From positions 72,511 through 136,510 of the forward strand of contig CAWJGT010000020.1 of assembly GCA_963842525.1 (NCBI GenBank): DNA of 64,000 bases, written 5' to 3'. This document shows, in pieces, positions 36,513 through 47,241 of the stretch (positions are counted from its first letter, which is position 1; each line of letters begins with the position of its first letter). The position numbers were made by a program, and so were the translations under genes. Source of the DNA: an uncultured Holophagales bacterium. GTDB lineage: Bacteria > Acidobacteriota > Thermoanaerobaculia > Multivoradales > UBA5704. The notes beneath the pieces were generated by a model. It worked only from the letters and a program-made list of their open reading frames with translations. It did not search any database and was not told the DNA's origin.

Positions 36513-39131
36513 ATGGCTGAAGTCGTCATCCCCTCCAACGTAGTCGCCACCGTGCTGGCTCCCGAGACCCGTCTTGGCCGCCCGTCCCTCGCCGCATACA
36601 TCCCGCCGGGGGGGACGTCCGATCCGGACGAGATCCTCTCGCGGTTCCTGGAGTGGGTATCCGCGATCGGGCTCGAGCTCTATCCGGCGCAGGAAGAGGC
36701 CCTGCTCGAGATCATGGCGGGCCGGCACGTCATCTTGAACACCCCGACCGGGTCGGGCAAGTCGCTGGTCGCCCTCGGCCTCCACTTCAAGGCCATGTGC
36801 GAAGGCAAGACCTCCTACTACACCAGCCCCATCAAGGCCCTGGCGAGCGAGAAGTTCTTCTCCCTGTGCGATGAGCTCGGCGCGGTCAACGTCGGCATGC
36901 TGACCGGCGACGCCAGTATCAACCCCGACGCCAAGGTGCTCTGCTGCACGGCCGAGGTGCTCGCCAACATGGCGCTGCGCGAGGGGGAAGGGCTCGACGC
37001 CCCCTACGTGGTGATGGACGAGTTCCACTACTACTCGGACCGCGAACGCGGCTGGGCCTGGCAGGTCCCTCTCCTGCTGCTGCCGCGGACCCGCTTCCTC
37101 CTCATGTCCGCCACCCTCGGCGATGTGAGCGCCATCGCGGAGCACGTCCAGGAACGGACCGGCGTCGAGGTGGCCGTCGTCAGCTCCGAGCATCGCCCCG
37201 TCCCTCTCGACTTTGAATACCGGGAGACGCCGCTCCACGAGACCGTGGAAGTCCTGCTCAAAGAGGGCAAGGCGCCGATCTACATCGTGAATTTCACCCA
37301 GCGGGAGTGCGCCGAGCTCGCCCAGGCCTTGACCAGCATGCAGATCACCACCCGCGAGGAGCGCGAGCGCATCCGCGACGCGATCGGCAATTACCGGCTC
37401 GACACCCCGTACGGCAAGGAGTTCCGCCGCTTCCTCTCCTTCGGCGTTGGGGTCCACCATGCGGGCCTCTTGCCCAAATACCGCCTGCTCGTGGAGCAGC
37501 TCTCGCAGCACGCGCTCCTCAAGATCATCTGCGGCACCGACACCCTGGGCGTGGGGGTCAACATCCCGATCCGTACCGTGCTCTTCACCAAGCTCGCCAA
37601 GTACGACGGCAACAAGACCTCACTCCTGTCGGTCCGCGACTTCAAGCAGATCGCCGGCCGCGCCGGCCGCAAGGGGTTCGACGACAAGGGCAGCGTGGTC
37701 TCCCAGGCGCCCGAGCACATCATCGAGAAGCGCAAGAGCGAGAGCAGCGGCAAGAAAGGCAAGGTCTTCAAGGGGCCGGCCAAGGGGGAGGTCTCGTGGA
37801 CCCAGGAGACCTTCGAGAAGCTCATCCAGCGCCCGCCGGAGACGCTCAAATCCCGGTTCCATATCACCCACGGCATGGTGCTCAACCTCCTGCAGCACGA
37901 TGCCGAGCAGGACGACCCGAACCTCCGCAACTTCGACTCCCTCCGGGAGCTGATCCGCCGCAGCCATGAGGACGAGGGAAGCAAGAAGCGCCTCCTGACC
38001 CAGGCCGCGGTCCTGGTCCGCTCCCTGTACCGCTCCGGCATCATCCGTATGAAGCGGGATTCGGTGACCGACTACCTGTGGGCCGTGATCGCCGAAGACC
38101 TCCAGTGGGATTTCTCGCTGTTCCACGCCCTGTCGCTCTATCTCGTCGAGACCGTCGGCCGGCTGGAGCCCGAGTCGCCGGACTATTCGTTCAACCTGAT
38201 CTCGCTGGCCGAGTCGATCCTGGAGAACCCGGACATCATCCTCCGCCGCCAGGAGGACAAGCTGAAGCAGGCGCTCCTCGCCCAGCTCAAGACGGACCAC
38301 GTCCCCTATGAGGAGCGGATGGAGAAGCTGGAGACAGTGAGCTATCCCAAGCCGCTCTCCGATTTCCTCTACGGCACCTTCAACATGTTCCGCGGCCACC
38401 ACCCCTGGGTAGGAGGCGAGGACATCCGCCCGAAGTCGATCGGCCGCGAGATGTGGGAGGGCTATCTGAGCTTCGCGGACTACGTGAAGCACTACGGCCT
38501 CCAGAGGAGCGAAGGGGTGCTGCTGCGTTACCTCTCGCAGCTCTATCGGACGCTCGACCTGAACGTCCCCGAGGCGGTCAAGAACGAGGCGGTGCTCGAC
38601 GCGCTCGGCTTCCTGCGCACCGTGCTGGAGCACACCGACACGAGCCTGCTGGAGGAGTGGGAGAGCCTGATCCACCCCGAGCTGGTCCTGCAGCGGGGCG
38701 AGCAGCGGAAGGTGGCGACCGAGGCGCTGTGGATCGAAGAGCTGGTCCACGACCCGAAAGCCTTTGCCGCCCGGGTGCGCGCCGAGATGCATCTCCTGGT
38801 AAGGGCCCTGGCAAGCCGGGACTGGGAAGAGGCCGCCGCCTCGATCCGCCAGGACCCGGACGATCCCGAGACCGTCTGGGACGCCGAGCGTTTCGAGGCC
38901 GCACTGGAGCCCTTCTTCGCCGAATACAGCGAGCTCGTCTTCACCGCCGAGGCCCGCCGCCATCAGTGGACCCAGGTCCGTCCCACGGGAACGCCCCGCG
39001 TCTGGGAGGTGAGCCACACCCTCGTCGACCCCCAGGGAGACAACCTCTGGGCCCTCCTCGGCACCATCGACCTCAGCCGTCCCGACGAGATCGACGGGCC
39101 CCTCCTGCGGCTGCAGAGGATCGGGCCGTGA
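36513..39131 (+). CDS. Ski2/HelY-like DExH helicase (DUF3516 type)
   Basis: PTGSGKS, PIKAL, MDEFHYY, MSAT, GVHHAG, QIAGRAGRKG. Confidence 0.92.
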   Translation: MAEVVIPSNVVATVLAPETRLGRPSLAAYIPPGGTSDPDEILSRFLEWVSAIGLELYPAQEEALLEIMAGRHVILNTPTGSGKSLVALGLHFKAMCEGKTSYYTSPIKALASEKFFSLCDELGAVNVGMLTGDASINPDAKVLCCTAEVLANMALREGEGLDAPYVVMDEFHYYSDRERGWAWQVPLLLLPRTRFLLMSATLGDVSAIAEHVQERTGVEVAVVSSEHRPVPLDFEYRETPLHETVEVLLKEGKAPIYIVNFTQRECAELAQALTSMQITTREERERIRDAIGNYRLDTPYGKEFRRFLSFGVGVHHAGLLPKYRLLVEQLSQHALLKIICGTDTLGVGVNIPIRTVLFTKLAKYDGNKTSLLSVRDFKQIAGRAGRKGFDDKGSVVSQAPEHIIEKRKSESSGKKGKVFKGPAKGEVSWTQETFEKLIQRPPETLKSRFHITHGMVLNLLQHDAEQDDPNLRNFDSLRELIRRSHEDEGSKKRLLTQAAVLVRSLYRSGIIRMKRDSVTDYLWAVIAEDLQWDFSLFHALSLYLVETVGRLEPESPDYSFNLISLAESILENPDIILRRQEDKLKQALLAQLKTDHVPYEERMEKLETVSYPKPLSDFLYGTFNMFRGHHPWVGGEDIRPKSIGREMWEGYLSFADYVKHYGLQRSEGVLLRYLSQLYRTLDLNVPEAVKNEAVLDALGFLRTVLEHTDTSLLEEWESLIHPELVLQRGEQRKVATEALWIEELVHDPKAFAARVRAEMHLLVRALASRDWEEAAASIRQDPDDPETVWDAERFEAALEPFFAEYSELVFTAEARRHQWTQVRPTGTPRVWEVSHTLVDPQGDNLWALLGTIDLSRPDEIDGPLLRLQRIGP

Positions 39132-39189
39132 GCAGGCCTCAGAAACCTGAGGCGCTGCAAAAGCGTAGTGTCAGCAGGGAGGATTCTCG

Positions 39190-39387
39190 ATGGGCAAAGT
39201 CCTCGTCTGGCTGATCCTGCTCGTCATCTGCTGGCCTCTGGCCCTGCTGGTGCTTGTCCTCTATCCGTTCGTCTGGCTCCTCTCTCTGCCGTTCCGGCTG
39301 GTGGGCATCACCCTGGACGCGGTATTCGAGCTTCTCAAGGCCATCCTGTACCTGCCGGCCCGGGTCCTGAGCCCGCGGCGGGCCTGA
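39190..39387 (+). CDS. small hydrophobic membrane protein
   Basis: GGAGG RBS, 65-aa hydrophobic ORF. Confidence 0.7.
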   Translation: MGKVLVWLILLVICWPLALLVLVLYPFVWLLSLPFRLVGITLDAVFELLKAILYLPARVLSPRRA

Positions 39388-39424
39388 GGCCTGGTCGCCG
39401 GGGCTCGTGGTACCATCCCTGCGT

Positions 39425-39983
39425 ATGGCGGTCGCCTCCCAGCTTCTGACCGCAGAGGATCTTCTTCGGATGCCTCGTGACGGCTGGCGTTACGAGCTGC
39501 GTGGAGGGGGAGCTTCGACGCATGCCGCCTCCGGGCTTCCAGCACGGCACAACGGCAGGAGAGATCAGCGGACGGCTCTTTCAGCACGTCCAGGCGAACA
39601 ACCTTGGCGTGGTTCCGGCCGCAGAAACCGGCTACAAGCTCCAATCGAATCCGGACACCGTTCGCGCACCCGACGTCTCCTTCGTCTCCCGGGAACGGCT
39701 CTCGGCGCTTTCCTTTGATGAGGAGGGGTACTTTCCCGGCGCCCCGGACTTCCTTGTCGAGGTCGTGTCCCCATCGGACAGCTTCGCCGAGGTGCAAGAG
39801 AAGGTATACCTCTGGTTGGCCGCCGGCGCCAAGCTCGTCGTCGCGATCCTTCCGCGTCAGCGAGCCTGCTTCGTCTACCGGCCTGGACAGGCGGTTCTCC
39901 GCCTCGGGTCAGCGGACACTCTCGACGCATCCGATGCAGTGCCCGGCTGGACCCTGAGCCTCGCAGAGATCCTCAAACACTGA
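39425..39983 (+). CDS. Uma2 family endonuclease, apparent frameshift near 39500
   Basis: LLTAEDLLRMP..GWRYEL then EGEL...H...PDTVRAPDVSF...APDFLVEVVSPSD. Confidence 0.88.
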
Positions 39984-40182
39984 GGGCGCGCCGGCTCAAC
40001 GGACCGCGTCTCGGTTCGACGGGATTCCCGCACCTACCAGGTAAGAGAAGCCCTTCTATCCTGCTCCGTTTCTTGCAAGCTTTTAGCGGGCCCTACGAGC
40101 TGGCCCTGACGTCCTGGGGCCGGCCTCTTCGACGGCGGGACTGTTTCCCGCTGCTCCGTCCTGGTTCAAGGAGAAGCTCGGT

Positions 40183-43122
40183 ATGTCCAATTTCACCCTG
40201 CCCCGTCGGCTGCCCTGGGCGGCCGTCGTGGCAACTTCTCTGCTGCTTTGGCCCACGGCTTCGTCTGCGGCCGGCGCTCCGGCCGGCGAGGACGCCTCTG
40301 CACCGGCGTCCGTGCCGTCCGACGTGCAGCCAGCGCCCTCTCCGGAAGAGATCCAGAGAGAATTCGCGCGCCTGAAACAAGAGAACAAAAAGAAGGATGA
40401 GGAACAGAAGGAAGCCTATCTCCGCTCCATGCCGTACCCAGGCGGGCAGCTCGACGAGAGCGATGTGGTCCGGATGCACTCCGCCCGCCTGTGGTATCTG
40501 TTGACCTACCCGACGGGCGTCATGCCGTCCACGCCCTGGACCAAGGCGAAGAAGCACGTCAAGGGCAAGGTGAAGGATGCGGAGCCCTGGCCGGGCGAGC
40601 CGCTCCGATCGATCTTCGACTCCGCGGCGGATGAGGAGATCGCGGGAGTGTCCGGCAAGGCGGTCATCCCGCCCGGCACCAACACCTGGGTCCTGTACGG
40701 GCCCAAGCCACTCGACTCCGTCGGCACCACGAACAACGCCTATCGCTATGGCATCGTCACCGGCCGCGTCAGCGCGGGCGGCCTAGCCGTCGACCCCAGC
40801 AATCCGAGCACCGCATATGCCGCATTCTCCGCGGGCGGTCTGTGGAAGACCACGAACCTGGGCGCGGCCACGGTGACCTGGACGCCACTCTGGGAGGACA
40901 AGGACTTCGTCACCCAGTCGGCCGGCGCCATCGAGATCGATCCGAACAACAGCAACGTCGTCTACGTCGGCACAGGAGATTGGGACGCTAACGATCAGTT
41001 CGGCGAAGGGATCATGAAGACGGCCGACGGCGGCGCGACCTGGGCCCACCTGGGCGCCGACGTCTTCACTCCTTATTCGCCGACCCATCCGGCGGGCGGC
41101 AACCGCTGGTCCAACCAGAACATCCGGACCATCGAGGTCGACCCGAAGAATTCGAACAGGATCCTGGCCGGCACCCGCTTCGACCTCTACATCTCCCATG
41201 ACGCAGGCGCGACGTGGCAGATCTGCGGCTTTGGCAACGGTTACACCAATCCGGCGGCGAGCAATCCGACGGCCAATGCTGTCAACCGCATCAGCAGCAT
41301 CTACCTCGACGGTCGCGGCGCGACCACCGTCGCCTATGTGGCAGTCGGCTACTATGCGAACAACGGCAACGGCAACAACGGCGTCTACCGGTTCAACATG
41401 CCGGCGAGCGGCTGCCCGGTATGGCCGTCGGGCTTCACTCTCCTGTCGGGCGGGTTCCCTGCCAGCACCGGCAACGGAGTCAACCAGGCTGCCGGTGGCA
41501 GCATCACCGGCCGCATCGAGCTGGCGGCGGGGTTCGGCACTGATGGCCTCCTGACCCTCTATGCCCAGGTCGCCAAGGCCACGGACCAGACGGCAGAGGG
41601 GACCTACGTGCTGCGGCCGGACGGCGGGTCCACGACCTGGACCAAGCTGACGGGCAGCACGACCTATCCGACCTGCGCCGGCGGCTCGAGCGGCACGGGA
41701 CAGGATTGGTACGACCTGTTCATCGCGGTCGATCCTGCCAATGACAAGACCCTCTACATCGGGCACATCGACGCGTTCAAGTCGACGGTGAACGCCACCT
41801 ACACCTCGATCACGGCGTCCAACTTGACGAATGTCTACACGACCTCGTGTCCGTCCTACGGCAAGGTCCATCCGGACCAGCACGCCCTCGCCTTCGTGCC
41901 GGGCACGAGCGGCTCGACGTTCCTCCTCGGCAACGACGGCGGCGTCTACTACAACAACAACCGCGGCGACGTGAACGCCTGGAAACAGCTCAACGACACG
42001 ATCAACACGACCCAGTTCTACGCCGGCCAGATCGGCAAGGACTTCGCCGGAGGCGGGGCCCAGTGGTGGCTCGGCGGCATGCAGGACAACGGCAACGGGA
42101 GTTGGGACAGCACGAAGCCGACGCTCCTCTCCACCGGCCGCTCGGTCGGCGGCGACGGGTTCTTCTCCGCCTTCGATGTGCTCGCGGGCACCGAGACCGC
42201 CGGCTGGTGGTTCACGGAGTACACCTACGGCTCCATGTACTGCTCGCGCAACAGCGGCGCCGACGGCCCGTTCTCCTCGGCCTGCGGCCCGAACCAGACC
42301 GGGACGGCGGACTGGAGCGCCCCGTTCCTGATGGACACGCTGCACTGCACGAGCAGCGTCTGCCGCAACATGATCTTCGGCGAGGACTACGTCCATGCGG
42401 CAGGCGCCTTCGGCGTGCAGAAGCCGACCTGGAAGCGGGTCTCCCCCCGGCTGACGCGCGGCGGCTCGGTCGATTCCATCATCACGCTCAACCTGGCTCC
42501 CAACAACCCTCGGGCCGCGGCCGCGGGCACCAGCGACGGCAAGCTCTGGTGGTCGGACAACATCCACACGGGTACGAATTGCACGCAGGCGGCGGCCAAC
42601 ACCTCGTCGTTCTCGTGCTCTCCGAACATGAGCGCCACCTGGCGTGACGTGGACTCGACCAACGCCGTGCTGCCGAACCGGGCGATCCAGGGCGTCGCCT
42701 TCGATCCGACCGATCACACCCGGATCTACGGCGCCGTGGGCGGCTTCAACATCAACACCCCGACCACACCGGGCCATTTGTTCGAGCTCAAGTGGAACGG
42801 CTCGGCCTGGACCCGGGCCAACAAGACGGGCAACCTGCCGGACGTGCCGGCCGCGTCGGTGGCGGTCAACCCGCTCAACCGCAAGCAGGTCTTCGTGGGC
42901 ACTTTCTTCGGCTTCTACTACACGGACGACATCGACGCGGCCACCCCGGTCTGGGCGCGCTATCAGTGGGGTCTGCCCAACACCGTCATCCAGTACCTGA
43001 CGGTCGATCGCGGCCCGGCCGCGAGCCCGTTCCTGGGCACCACGCTCATGGCCTTCACTTATGGCCGCGGCGTCTATGCCATCAAGCTCCCCACGGGAGG
43101 CGCCAGCTTTCCGGCGCACTGA
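40183..43122 (+). CDS. secreted beta-propeller (BNR/Asp-box, GH74/sortilin-like) protein
   Basis: Signal peptide, GRV....VDP, GGLWKTT, YVGTG, VHPDQHAL, GNDGG, TYGRGVY repeats. Confidence 0.8.
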   Translation: MSNFTLPRRLPWAAVVATSLLLWPTASSAAGAPAGEDASAPASVPSDVQPAPSPEEIQREFARLKQENKKKDEEQKEAYLRSMPYPGGQLDESDVVRMHSARLWYLLTYPTGVMPSTPWTKAKKHVKGKVKDAEPWPGEPLRSIFDSAADEEIAGVSGKAVIPPGTNTWVLYGPKPLDSVGTTNNAYRYGIVTGRVSAGGLAVDPSNPSTAYAAFSAGGLWKTTNLGAATVTWTPLWEDKDFVTQSAGAIEIDPNNSNVVYVGTGDWDANDQFGEGIMKTADGGATWAHLGADVFTPYSPTHPAGGNRWSNQNIRTIEVDPKNSNRILAGTRFDLYISHDAGATWQICGFGNGYTNPAASNPTANAVNRISSIYLDGRGATTVAYVAVGYYANNGNGNNGVYRFNMPASGCPVWPSGFTLLSGGFPASTGNGVNQAAGGSITGRIELAAGFGTDGLLTLYAQVAKATDQTAEGTYVLRPDGGSTTWTKLTGSTTYPTCAGGSSGTGQDWYDLFIAVDPANDKTLYIGHIDAFKSTVNATYTSITASNLTNVYTTSCPSYGKVHPDQHALAFVPGTSGSTFLLGNDGGVYYNNNRGDVNAWKQLNDTINTTQFYAGQIGKDFAGGGAQWWLGGMQDNGNGSWDSTKPTLLSTGRSVGGDGFFSAFDVLAGTETAGWWFTEYTYGSMYCSRNSGADGPFSSACGPNQTGTADWSAPFLMDTLHCTSSVCRNMIFGEDYVHAAGAFGVQKPTWKRVSPRLTRGGSVDSIITLNLAPNNPRAAAAGTSDGKLWWSDNIHTGTNCTQAAANTSSFSCSPNMSATWRDVDSTNAVLPNRAIQGVAFDPTDHTRIYGAVGGFNINTPTTPGHLFELKWNGSAWTRANKTGNLPDVPAASVAVNPLNRKQVFVGTFFGFYYTDDIDAATPVWARYQWGLPNTVIQYLTVDRGPAASPFLGTTLMAFTYGRGVYAIKLPTGGASFPAH

Positions 43123-43134
43123 AGGAAGAGGGAG

Positions 43135-44799
43135 TCAGGGGGTGAGGGCCACGACGGTCACTCGCCCCCTGCCCTGGTCGCTCGGATCGAAGAGGAGCAC
43201 CTCGGGCCGGCCGTCGCCGTCCAGGTCCTCCGTGCGGGGGCCGGCGAGTTGGGAGCCCGGCCCCAAGACGCGGGTCCCCACCCCGCCGGTGCCGAGCGAG
43301 ACCTCCACCGCCATCTCGCTGATGCCTGGGATCTGGACGATCTGGCGGGGCCGGCGGTCCAGGATCTCCTTGCGCGGATCCGGCGTCCCGGCGAAGACGA
43401 CGAGCTGGCCCCCCTTGGCGGCCACGAGGTCGGGGAGCCCGTCGCCCGTGACGTCCTGTCCGAAGCTCCAGGCCTTGGCCTCCAGCTCGTTGAGGAACGT
43501 CTTCCGGCTGGACGTCTCGAAGCGGCCGTTCCCGCGGCCGAACCAGGCTTCGACCACCATGTCTCCGCCGAGCATCCCCTCCGGCTGCAGCAGGACCAGG
43601 TCGTCGTGCCCGTCCCGGTCGAGGTCGAGGACGACCGGCTGGGCCGGCTGCCAGCGGTGGCTGACGGTCTGGACCGCGAGCACCGGACCGGTCCCGGAGC
43701 GGCTGCGGTCGGCGCCGAGGAGGAAGACGCGGAGCTTCCCCTTTTCGAACAGGCTTCCCCCTTCCGCAGTGGTGACGAGCAGGGCCGGACGTCCGTCGAG
43801 CGCGACGTAGCGGTAGCTGTCGACCGACTCGGGGGCGGGGAGGCGCGACCAGCTCTCGGTCCGCTGCGTGGCACCCCCGGGCCCGGGCTCGAGCAGCAGG
43901 GTCCGCAGCCGGATGTTGCCCTGCGCATCCGGGCCGGCGGCCCAGACCGGAGGACCGTCCCGGCGGGGGATGGTGGTCACCGCAGGGGTCGAGAGCCAGA
44001 GGCCCGTCGCCTCCCGGCCGGCCTTCACCGGCAGCTCGAGATCCGGGCCGGCAACGAGCCGGCCCGAGCCGTCGGCCGTCCAGGCCCGGAAGCGTCCTAC
44101 CACGGTGGCTTCGAAGCTTGCTTTCGTGCCTGCGTTGGTACCGGTACTCCATCTCAGGTCGAGCCCTGGCTCGGCGAGGAGGAGGAGCGGCGCGGTTGGG
44201 CTGTCCGGGATGCCGACGCTGTGGATCTTCCCCGGCTCTCCGACCAGCACCTCCTCGCTGCCGTCGCCGTCCAGATCGACCGCTGCAAGGGCGTTCGCCG
44301 CGGCAGGCAAGCCCTCGCGCAGGAGCCACGGCGGACCGCTCTTCGCGGGATCGACGAGATACAGCGAACGTGGGCCTTCGGGCGTGTCGCTGTCCTCGGG
44401 GCCCTGGGGAGAAGGCGGCGCCGTCAGGGCTACGATCCGGCGCCGGCCGTCGGCGCCCTTGGGGAGAGCGACCGCGATCAGGTTCCCGGGCAGCACGGCG
44501 TCGACCCGCCGCCCGCCGGTGACCGGAGTGACCGTCACGCCCACGGCGGGCGGTGGAGGCGGAGGCTTCTCCTTCTCGGCGGCCACGACGATCGCCGGGA
44601 GAAAAAAGAGGACGAGGAGAATCGCGAGCCGGAGTGGTCCCTCACCCCCAGCCCCTCTCCCATCCTCACTCCCAGCCCCCCGGGAGAGGGGAGCCGTAAC
44701 TCCTTCCAGCCTTAGCGTCTCTCCTGCCTTTTCCCCCCTCTCCCGGGGGAAGGGAGTGAGGATGGGAGAGGGGGGCCAGGGGGGTGAGGGCCTTCTCAC
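43135..44799 (-). CDS. secreted FG-GAP/VCBS repeat protein (REP doublet inside its 5' end)
   Basis: Multiple DLDGDG..DL/EV repeats; GTG start overlaps the upstream stop; hydrophobic signal follows the REP-encoded segment. Confidence 0.75.
   Translation of the reverse strand: MRRPSPPWPPSPILTPFPRERGEKAGETLRLEGVTAPLSRGAGSEDGRGAGGEGPLRLAILLVLFFLPAIVVAAEKEKPPPPPPAVGVTVTPVTGGRRVDAVLPGNLIAVALPKGADGRRRIVALTAPPSPQGPEDSDTPEGPRSLYLVDPAKSGPPWLLREGLPAAANALAAVDLDGDGSEEVLVGEPGKIHSVGIPDSPTAPLLLLAEPGLDLRWSTGTNAGTKASFEATVVGRFRAWTADGSGRLVAGPDLELPVKAGREATGLWLSTPAVTTIPRRDGPPVWAAGPDAQGNIRLRTLLLEPGPGGATQRTESWSRLPAPESVDSYRYVALDGRPALLVTTAEGGSLFEKGKLRVFLLGADRSRSGTGPVLAVQTVSHRWQPAQPVVLDLDRDGHDDLVLLQPEGMLGGDMVVEAWFGRGNGRFETSSRKTFLNELEAKAWSFGQDVTGDGLPDLVAAKGGQLVVFAGTPDPRKEILDRRPRQIVQIPGISEMAVEVSLGTGGVGTRVLGPGSQLAGPRTEDLDGDGRPEVLLFDPSDQGRGRVTVVALTP
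44639..44790. repeat. inverted REP doublet (family A)
   Basis: ccctcacccccagcccctctcccatcctcactccc ... gggagtgaggatgggagaggggggccaggggggtgaggg. Confidence 0.8.
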
Positions 44800-46457
44800 G
44801 ATCCACCCTCGCTCAAATAAAGATCAAGGCGGACCGGATGCGTGGTGCCTCGATCGTCGCCTCGCTTGGGCGCCTGCGGCTGGATGACCAGGAGGTCGGC
44901 GAGGCGGTCGCCGTCGAAGTCGCGGACCTGGACGAGGCCGAGGTCGCGCGGCGCCTCTTCGAGCTGGACGGCGAGGTCGGGCTGCGCGGCGTAGGAACAG
45001 TCCGGGTGCCCGCGATGGATGGTCACGGCCTTGCCCCTTCCCATCTGCACGAATTCGGGCCGGCCGTCGCCGTCGAAGTCGCCCGCGAATTGCGAGACGT
45101 GGCCGATCTTCAGGTTGTTCAGGTTCAGGTTGAATCTCCCCGAGAGGTCGAGCCCCCGCACCGGGCGGAAGGCGCCGCCGGTCTGGCACAAGACGTGGAA
45201 GTCGAGGTCGATCCCCAGGCGGCGCACGGTGACGATCTTGGCGACCTGGAACACGGAGAAGTCGAGGGTCATGGCCACCAGGTCCATGCGGCCGTCGCCG
45301 TTCAGGTCCTGGAAGCCGCCCGGCAGCCGGATCTCTCCTTCGTCGTTGCCTCCCCCCATAGCGTAGCCCTCGGCTTCGAATTGCTGGTAGGGGCGGGGCT
45401 CCATGGAGAGGTCCGGCCGGGCGCGGTGGAGCTGATAGAGGAACACGGGCCGCTTGGCGTGCTTCATCTCCTTGCGGAAGCCGGCGTTTTCGCCCGGCCC
45501 CTTGTCCTCCTGGGTCACGTATTCGGCCTTGCCGTCGCCGTCCAGGTCGCCGAACCAGACCGGCTCGGGCTCCGTGGAGTCGGTCTCGCCGGTCTTCCGA
45601 GTCTGCACGGTTTCGCCCAGAGGAGCGATCGGCTCGGCGAAGCGGCCGCCGCCCAGGTTGCGCAGCACGCGGAACCCCGGAAGGCCTCCCTGCGAGGGCC
45701 GCAACAGCAGGTCGGGCAGGCCGTTGCCGTCGAGGTCGGCCACCTCGGGCAGCGGATAGTGCCGTAGGAGGGGGCTGGAGCCAGGAGGTTGGAGGCCGTC
45801 GACGGGGAAGCGGACCCGCGAGGCCGGAGACGTCCGGAGCCCCTCCGGGCCACTGAGGTAGACCGAGGCGCCCTCGGGCGTGGGGAGCAGGAGGTCCGCC
45901 CTGCCGTCGCCGTCGAGGTCGCGGACCAGGCCAAGACCGGAGAGGAAAACGCCGGTCCCGGTCAGCACGGACCGTTCTGCGAGGACCGGCTCCCAGGCCA
46001 GCTCGGAGCCTCCAGCCCGCATCCGCAGGACCGACAGCCCCGCATCGGTGAGGGCGACGATCGGCAGGCCCGGAGGCCCGGCTTCGATCGAAAGCACCGA
46101 TGGATCGAGAGCGAGCGCAACGCCCTGCAGCTCGAATCCGCCGGGGCGCCCCCGGAAGACCCGCAGCTCCCGCCGGTCGATCAGCGACGGGACGACCGTG
46201 AGGACCTCGACCAGCCCCTCGACGTCGTCCATCTTGGTCGACTCTTCGATGCTGATCTGGTCCCACCGTGTCACGGCGGTCACCACCGTGAGGTCGATCC
46301 GGCCGTCGCCGTCGACATCCGCCGGTACGACCGAGGCCGGCGCGCCGGGAAGCTCCAGGACCTGGTAGCGGAGAGCGAGCTTCTCGCGCCGGGCGAGGGT
46401 GGGGGAGGAGAGAAGGCTGAGCAGGAGGAGGACGAGGAGCGAGCGCGAGCGGAACAT
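44796..46457 (-). CDS. secreted FG-GAP/VCBS repeat protein
   Basis: Signal peptide MFRSRSLLVLLLL, about 7 DxDGDG/DxNGDG repeats. Confidence 0.85.
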   Translation of the reverse strand: MFRSRSLLVLLLLSLLSSPTLARREKLALRYQVLELPGAPASVVPADVDGDGRIDLTVVTAVTRWDQISIEESTKMDDVEGLVEVLTVVPSLIDRRELRVFRGRPGGFELQGVALALDPSVLSIEAGPPGLPIVALTDAGLSVLRMRAGGSELAWEPVLAERSVLTGTGVFLSGLGLVRDLDGDGRADLLLPTPEGASVYLSGPEGLRTSPASRVRFPVDGLQPPGSSPLLRHYPLPEVADLDGNGLPDLLLRPSQGGLPGFRVLRNLGGGRFAEPIAPLGETVQTRKTGETDSTEPEPVWFGDLDGDGKAEYVTQEDKGPGENAGFRKEMKHAKRPVFLYQLHRARPDLSMEPRPYQQFEAEGYAMGGGNDEGEIRLPGGFQDLNGDGRMDLVAMTLDFSVFQVAKIVTVRRLGIDLDFHVLCQTGGAFRPVRGLDLSGRFNLNLNNLKIGHVSQFAGDFDGDGRPEFVQMGRGKAVTIHRGHPDCSYAAQPDLAVQLEEAPRDLGLVQVRDFDGDRLADLLVIQPQAPKRGDDRGTTHPVRLDLYLSEGGS

Positions 46458-46504
46458 GCTTCTACAGAGACGTGGGAGCGCTCGGAATGTTACCTCGTCC
46501 CTCG

Positions 46505-46760
46505 GAGGGACCACCGTCCGCGTCTCCGGCGCCGCGAAGCGCGTCACGCGGACCGCGGGTCCTGTGACTGGACTCGCCAATGTGCGTCCGGCTTCGCAAA
46601 GCCGGTGACAGGCACCACGGTCCGCGTGACCGGCCTCATGGTCTGTGTGGCAGGGACCACGGTGCCTGTGACATGGACCGGAAGATGGGGCCGCGCCTTT
46701 CGAGGCCGGTGACCGAGACCACGGTCCGTGTGACAGGGACCGCGAAGCGGGACGCGCGAC
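46505..46760. repeat. degenerate ~21/42-bp-periodic repeat tract
   Basis: g(g/a)(c/g)accacggt(c/g)c..gtgac recurs near 46611, 46653, 46715; one frame reads as heptads (VTGTVVP, VTRTVVP, VTGFAKP). Confidence 0.6.
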
Positions 46761-46866
46761 GCTTGGCTCGCCACCGGGCGCTTCCGAGCCCGGCGGCCTC
46801 GATGTTGCCGGAGCAGACCGGACTGACGGTCCCGGACGCTGGAGCGGCGGGTCCGGGCGAATCTCT

Positions 46867-47241
46867 TCAGTACGGTTTGCAAGCCAGCGGCCCGAGCAGA
46901 GGCGAGAAGTGCTTCAGATTCGTCGTAAAGAGAGGGAGTTGGAGACGATGAGCACAAGCAGCGATCAGGCAATCCATCACATCCACATTGTGGCTCAACC
47001 GAAACGCGAGAGATTGACGGATAGCCCAGTCGAAATCCCCGGACTGAGGATCAATCCGTTGGAAGCGGTTCAGGAGCTTGACAGCCCTCCGTTGTTCCTG
47101 CCGATTCACTGCGCCATCCAGGGTCTCGAGCCAAACCATGGGTGTAATGCCGAGCCGGGGCTCTTGCTCGATCCAGGAGAGAGAAGGCGGATACCCGCGG
47201 AGGAGATCGACGAGGACCACCGTATCGAGCAGACCGGTCAC
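46867..47241 (-). CDS. PIN-domain (VapC) toxin
   Basis: LLDTVVLVD...E...MDCLIAA...LFTTNLKHF...KPY. Confidence 0.9.
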   Translation of the reverse strand: MTGLLDTVVLVDLLRGYPPSLSWIEQEPRLGITPMVWLETLDGAVNRQEQRRAVKLLNRFQRIDPQSGDFDWAIRQSLAFRLSHNVDVMDCLIAACAHRLQLPLFTTNLKHFSPLLGPLACKPY

